DNA of 64,000 nucleotides from Neoconidiobolus thromboides FSU 785 (Eukaryota; Fungi; Entomophthoromycota): NCBI GenBank assembly GCA_025603075.1, contig MU626270.1, positions 124,001 to 188,000 of the forward strand, read 5' to 3'. Shown piece by piece: positions 60,073 to 64,000 of this stretch (position 1 is its first letter; each line of letters starts with the position of its first letter). The notes under the pieces were generated by a model. It saw only the letters and a program-made list of their open reading frames with translations, ran no database searches and was not told where the DNA came from. The position numbers and the translations under genes were made by a program.

Positions 60073-60198
60073 ATTATAAAGTTTTAACTAAACTATTTGG
60101 CAAAATTCATCAAGTTTTAGACGTTAATTTAATTGGATTAATCTCAAAATGATTACTTTTTTAGTGCTACGCTCAAAAATCAAATTTTTATTTCTCTA

Positions 60199-62666
60199 AT
60201 GTTCACTAACAACAACAGATTTGGATCAAGTAAATAGCTTTTTTAATAAAATCGAGTAAAATTAACAATTTTAAGCATCAGTAGGATTTTCTGGGACGCC
60301 TTCTGGTTTCAATAGTAATAGTTTATTATTATAGCATAATTGTTACTCATAAATTAGATTTAGGAAGTGCAAATCCTTTAGGTCAAGGTCAAAATCAAAA
60401 TCAGAATCAAGGTTAGAACATTTTATACACTTTCAAATTAATTTATCATGATTCATAGTTTACAATCAAAATACTGATGTAAACCAACATAACACACTTT
60501 GTCTTTAATTCTTAAATATATATCTAATAACAATTTAGTTCAATATGCGAAGTGCCCTAATTTAACAGGAGATTGGTATGGAAATGGTTATGGAACTGAG
60601 ATGGAAGGTCACAAAAGCACTTCTTCGAGAGAATTCAAAGTCAATGATTTATCTATCGCCTCTACAATGTACTTTTCTTCAATTATATTTCAAGAAAGAT
60701 ATCTCAAGTTTTCGGAGGATGAATTGAGAATGCAAGATTATATAAATGGACGTGTATTTTCTGAACTTAAAAACAAAAATAGTAAGTTTATTTTTTATTT
60801 TTGATTATACAGTTACTAACAATATCAGTAACTTACCCTAATAATGGAACAAAACTATATGATTATTCAATAGATATTATTCCTAGTGAGGAAAAAGAGA
60901 AAGCATTAAAATATTTTTCGATCGAATTGATGCCTGAATTTAAAGGCTATTCAGTGGATGAGTTAAGAATGGTAGATTACAAAAATGGATATATCTTCCG
61001 TGGTGACCAAATAAATAATAAAGCTATCACCTCAACTGGAACTGCAACAGGGACTGGATTCAATAGAAGTCAAAGTGTAGGCCTAACCCAAACTTCAGCA
61101 GGTAGTGGATTTAATTTTGGACAAAATACTGGAACTTCAGGTTTTGGGCAAACCATTGGTACCAGCAGCACATTCGGACAAAATGCTGGAACTGGGGGTT
61201 TAGGTCAAACTTCAACTGGATTTAATTTTGGACAAAATACTGCAGCTAAAAACATTGGTCAAACATCAAGCTCTGGGTTTAATTTTGGACAGAATACTGG
61301 AGTAGGAGGATTTGGGCAAAGTAATACAGCTGGTGGATTTGGACAGAATACTGTAACCAGTGGATTCGGGCAGAAGACAGGAACTACTGGATTCGGGCAA
61401 AATACTGCAACTAGCGGATTTGGGCAAAGTAGTGCAGCTGGTGGATTTGGGCAAAATACTGCAACCAGTGGATTTGGACAGAATACTGCAACCAATGGGT
61501 TTGGGCAGAAGACAGGGACTAGTGTACTTGGTCAAAGTGCTGGAACTGGTTTATTTGGTCAAAATACTGGAGCTAGTGCACTTGGACAAAATACAGGTAT
61601 TAATAATTCATTCGGCCAAAATACCGCAACTACTCTACTTGGAAAAGGTGCTGGAACTACAGGCTTTGGACAAAATCTAGGAACTAACACACTTGGTCAA
61701 ACTTCAACCCCTGGTCTTAACTTTGGGCAAAACAATGGAGCTACCAACTTAGGCCAAACTTCAACAAGTTCTGGGTTTAACTTCGGACAAAATACCACAG
61801 CCAGTGGATTTGGGCAAAAAACAGGCGCTAATATACTTGGACAAAATACTGGTACTAGCGTACTTGGGCAAAATACTGGGACTGGTCTGTTTGGACAGAA
61901 GACGGGCACTAGCACACTTGGGCAAACTCCTGGAACTGGTGTGCTTGGACAAAGCACTGGAACTAGCATATTTGGACAAAATACTGGGCTTACAAATTTT
62001 GGCCAAAAGATTGCACCAGCACAGAATGCTTTTAACTCGCAATCAACTATCTCCGGGATTGGCACTAATCTTGGGAATGCTAGTAATTTATTTAGAGGCC
62101 AACAACCTGGCTTAAATACATCGGTTCAAAATAACAATTCTAACCTCCCAGTTTACAGCCTTGCCTCTGAATTTAATCCATTTGGAAATATAGCTGTTTT
62201 GGAGAATGCTAAGCCAGTACCCAAAAAGGAGGTCAAGCAAGATGAGAGATTAGCTCTTAATAAGGACCTCATAGCGACAATGTTCGATAGCAAAGAATTT
62301 ATAGGAGATATAGATCCAAGGCCATCCATTTCTCTCGATCATAAACCTACTGTGTTGAATAGCCAGCCTGGTCTTTTACATAAAGAGAGCACAATAATTC
62401 CTGAAAAACCTTGGACTTCTGAGCATAATGACGATCCCAAGGATACCTCTCTTAAAGGTCCCTCAAAGGTTACTCCTGTAATTTCTATTGATAAAGACAA
62501 ATTCGTTGATTTGTTTTCACGTGATGGATTTTTAGCTAAAGACGTCCCTTTACCTGAAGCAGCATACCCTGTTTCAACGGATAATACAAGTACAAATATA
62601 GTCAGAAAAACAGTTAGCGTCAAAGAAACTCTAAAAGAGTTGTACGTCTCAGATGACGAATCTTAA
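60199..62666 (+). CDS. Nup98/Nup116-like FG nucleoporin with two GLEBS motifs and no C-terminal autoproteolytic domain (multi-exon)
   Basis: ATG at 60199 (MFTNNNRFGS). GLEBS-like segments lie at 60673-60750 and 60912-60989, followed by long (F/L)GQ(N/K/T/S)T repeats and FNPFGN. The stop is at 62664-66. Confidence 0.8.
61100..62000 (+). repeat. Coding tandem repeat, ~27-bp unit (GFGQNTATS-like FG repeat)
   Basis: Recurrent TTTGG(A/G)CA(A/G)AA(T/G)AC units at roughly 9-11-codon spacing. Confidence 0.85.
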
Positions 62667-63073
62667 CTTGATGAACATAAAATCAAAATAAAATATTGCT
62701 ATTAAATCATTATCATTTTGACTTTAATTTTATAATTGAAGAGAGCAAATAATGAACTACATATACCTTTTGATAATAAATAACATGAAAAAGTTGGAAT
62801 AAAATAGCCTTTAATATTACATTAGCGTAAGTAAGAAATATAGTTATACTATTAGTTCAACAAAGTAATGATTTTAGTTTTATAGTTTATTACTATTATT
62901 CACTTTTATGATAGTGTAGCTTTTACTTTTTATTTACAGCAATTAAAATTTGGAATTTGATTTGTGAACTTTAGAATCAAATAAACCAAAAGTTCTAGAA
63001 GACAAAATTTTATCTTTTTATTCAAACAAAATTACTGTATATTTATTTACATTTGCAGTAGTTAATAAATAAG

Positions 63074-64000
63074 ATGGCCCAATATTCTTTAAAGGAGATT
63101 GAAGTAGGTGACAAGATTATTAAAATTTAGAACTTGGCTTTAACCCATTCAGAGTCGCTTAGGAAATGATTCCATTATTATAGACAGATTAATTGAAGCT
63201 ATACCAACTAATATCTATAAGCTTGGAACTTCTGGAGGACCCGCTGCTGTAAGTTTTTTTATGATTAATTCGATTGAAGCTAATTAAGGTAGGCTCCTAA
63301 GCAACTTGCTCAAAAAAGCAAGAATTCTAAACCAGATAACAATAAATCTTCTAACGCTCAAAAGGTTTTAAGCTATTCTTCGACAAAAACAATATTAACT
63401 CAAAGTTTAGGCGGCCAAAGAAGAGAAGAAAAACAAAAACAACAAGGATAATGCTAAAAGTAAAAAAAGAAAGACAGTTGATGTGAAAAAAGAAGAGTCA
63501 GATAATGAAGATGAGGACCTAGATAACGATGCAATCGAATTTAACGAAAATGAACAAGAAGGTAAAGGATAGTTTCCAGACAGTATATAATATCTAAATA
63601 AATTTTTAGAGGTAACTGACAAACCAGTTGTAGATATAAAAAAAAAGGAGGAGTTGCGGGAACAATTAAAAAAGATGATCGAGTCAAAGAGACAAGAACG
63701 TAAAGCAGAGGATCCAAAAAAAGTGGCAAAGAAAAGAGAATCAAAAACTAAAGATAAGAAGAAGGAAAAAGAAGATAAAAAAAGAAAGATCAATACCACG
63801 ATTGTACCTGAAAGAGTAAGTTATTTAATTGAATCAAATGGGTTGATTAAAACTATGTTTAGGTTGTAGTTAATGAGGCTGAATTATTCAAAAACGTAAT
63901 TTTTCTTATCAATATTGAGGTCATTAACTTTGATTTAGAGTTCAATTAAGTCCGCTGATTCTATTGTAGAAAACGCTCCTATTTCATTTAGTAAATTTGA
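63074..64000 (+). CDS. RRP14: Rrp14/SURF6 nucleolar protein, 5' part (runs off window; multi-exon)
   Basis: LKEIESRLGNDSIIIDRLIEAIPTNIY resembles the Rrp14 N-terminal motif. It is followed by K/E-rich segments, ELREQLKKMIESKRQERKA and ISFSKF. Confidence 0.7.

Noticed and set aside
61259-62623. Several repetitive antisense or alternate-frame ORFs (VFCPNP repeats etc.)
   Set aside because: They are shadows of the stop-poor FG-repeat nucleoporin exon.

Overview
This is AT-rich, intron-dense eukaryotic genomic DNA, not prokaryotic. Introns are short GT-AG (mostly about 40-60 nt), so most entries in the ORF track are exon fragments or antisense shadows. A Zn(II)2Cys6 factor together with MMAA (cobalamin pathway), FIGNL1 and a TFG homologue points to an early-diverging, non-Dikarya fungus. 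A Conidiobolus/Neoconidiobolus-like entomophthoralean is my best guess (inference only). About 26 mostly conserved genes can be assembled: UBA2, TRM7, TOS4-like, SEN15, TRS130, NIPA, MMAA, COG7, cysteine synthase, BAG, MBF1, SEC31, UBL-WSS1, TFG, FIGNL1, NSE4, NAP/SET, DDI1, RNA1, MGE1, a NUP98-like gene, partial RRP14 and a few others. Two gene-poor accessory islands (about 10.3-20.3 kb and 47.9-53.4 kb) interrupt them. Both islands carry a ~98-bp MITE family (GGGGATG...CATCCCC termini, ATAT flanks, 11 copies in the window) and an apparently undescribed family of tiny secreted Pro-rich peptides. That family has three intact genes, including a 39-aa one missed by the ORF track, plus two or three pseudogenes, arranged as convergent pairs. 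The first island also holds a decayed Sola-like DD(D/E) transposase, and F-box/LRR-like relics appear to occur in both islands. Other oddities are a fungal TFG orthologue, a NUP98-like protein with two GLEBS motifs and no autoproteolytic domain, and a Chk2-type FHA gene lacking a kinase domain. Exon boundaries and family assignments were made by eye and from recalled motifs; no searches were run.
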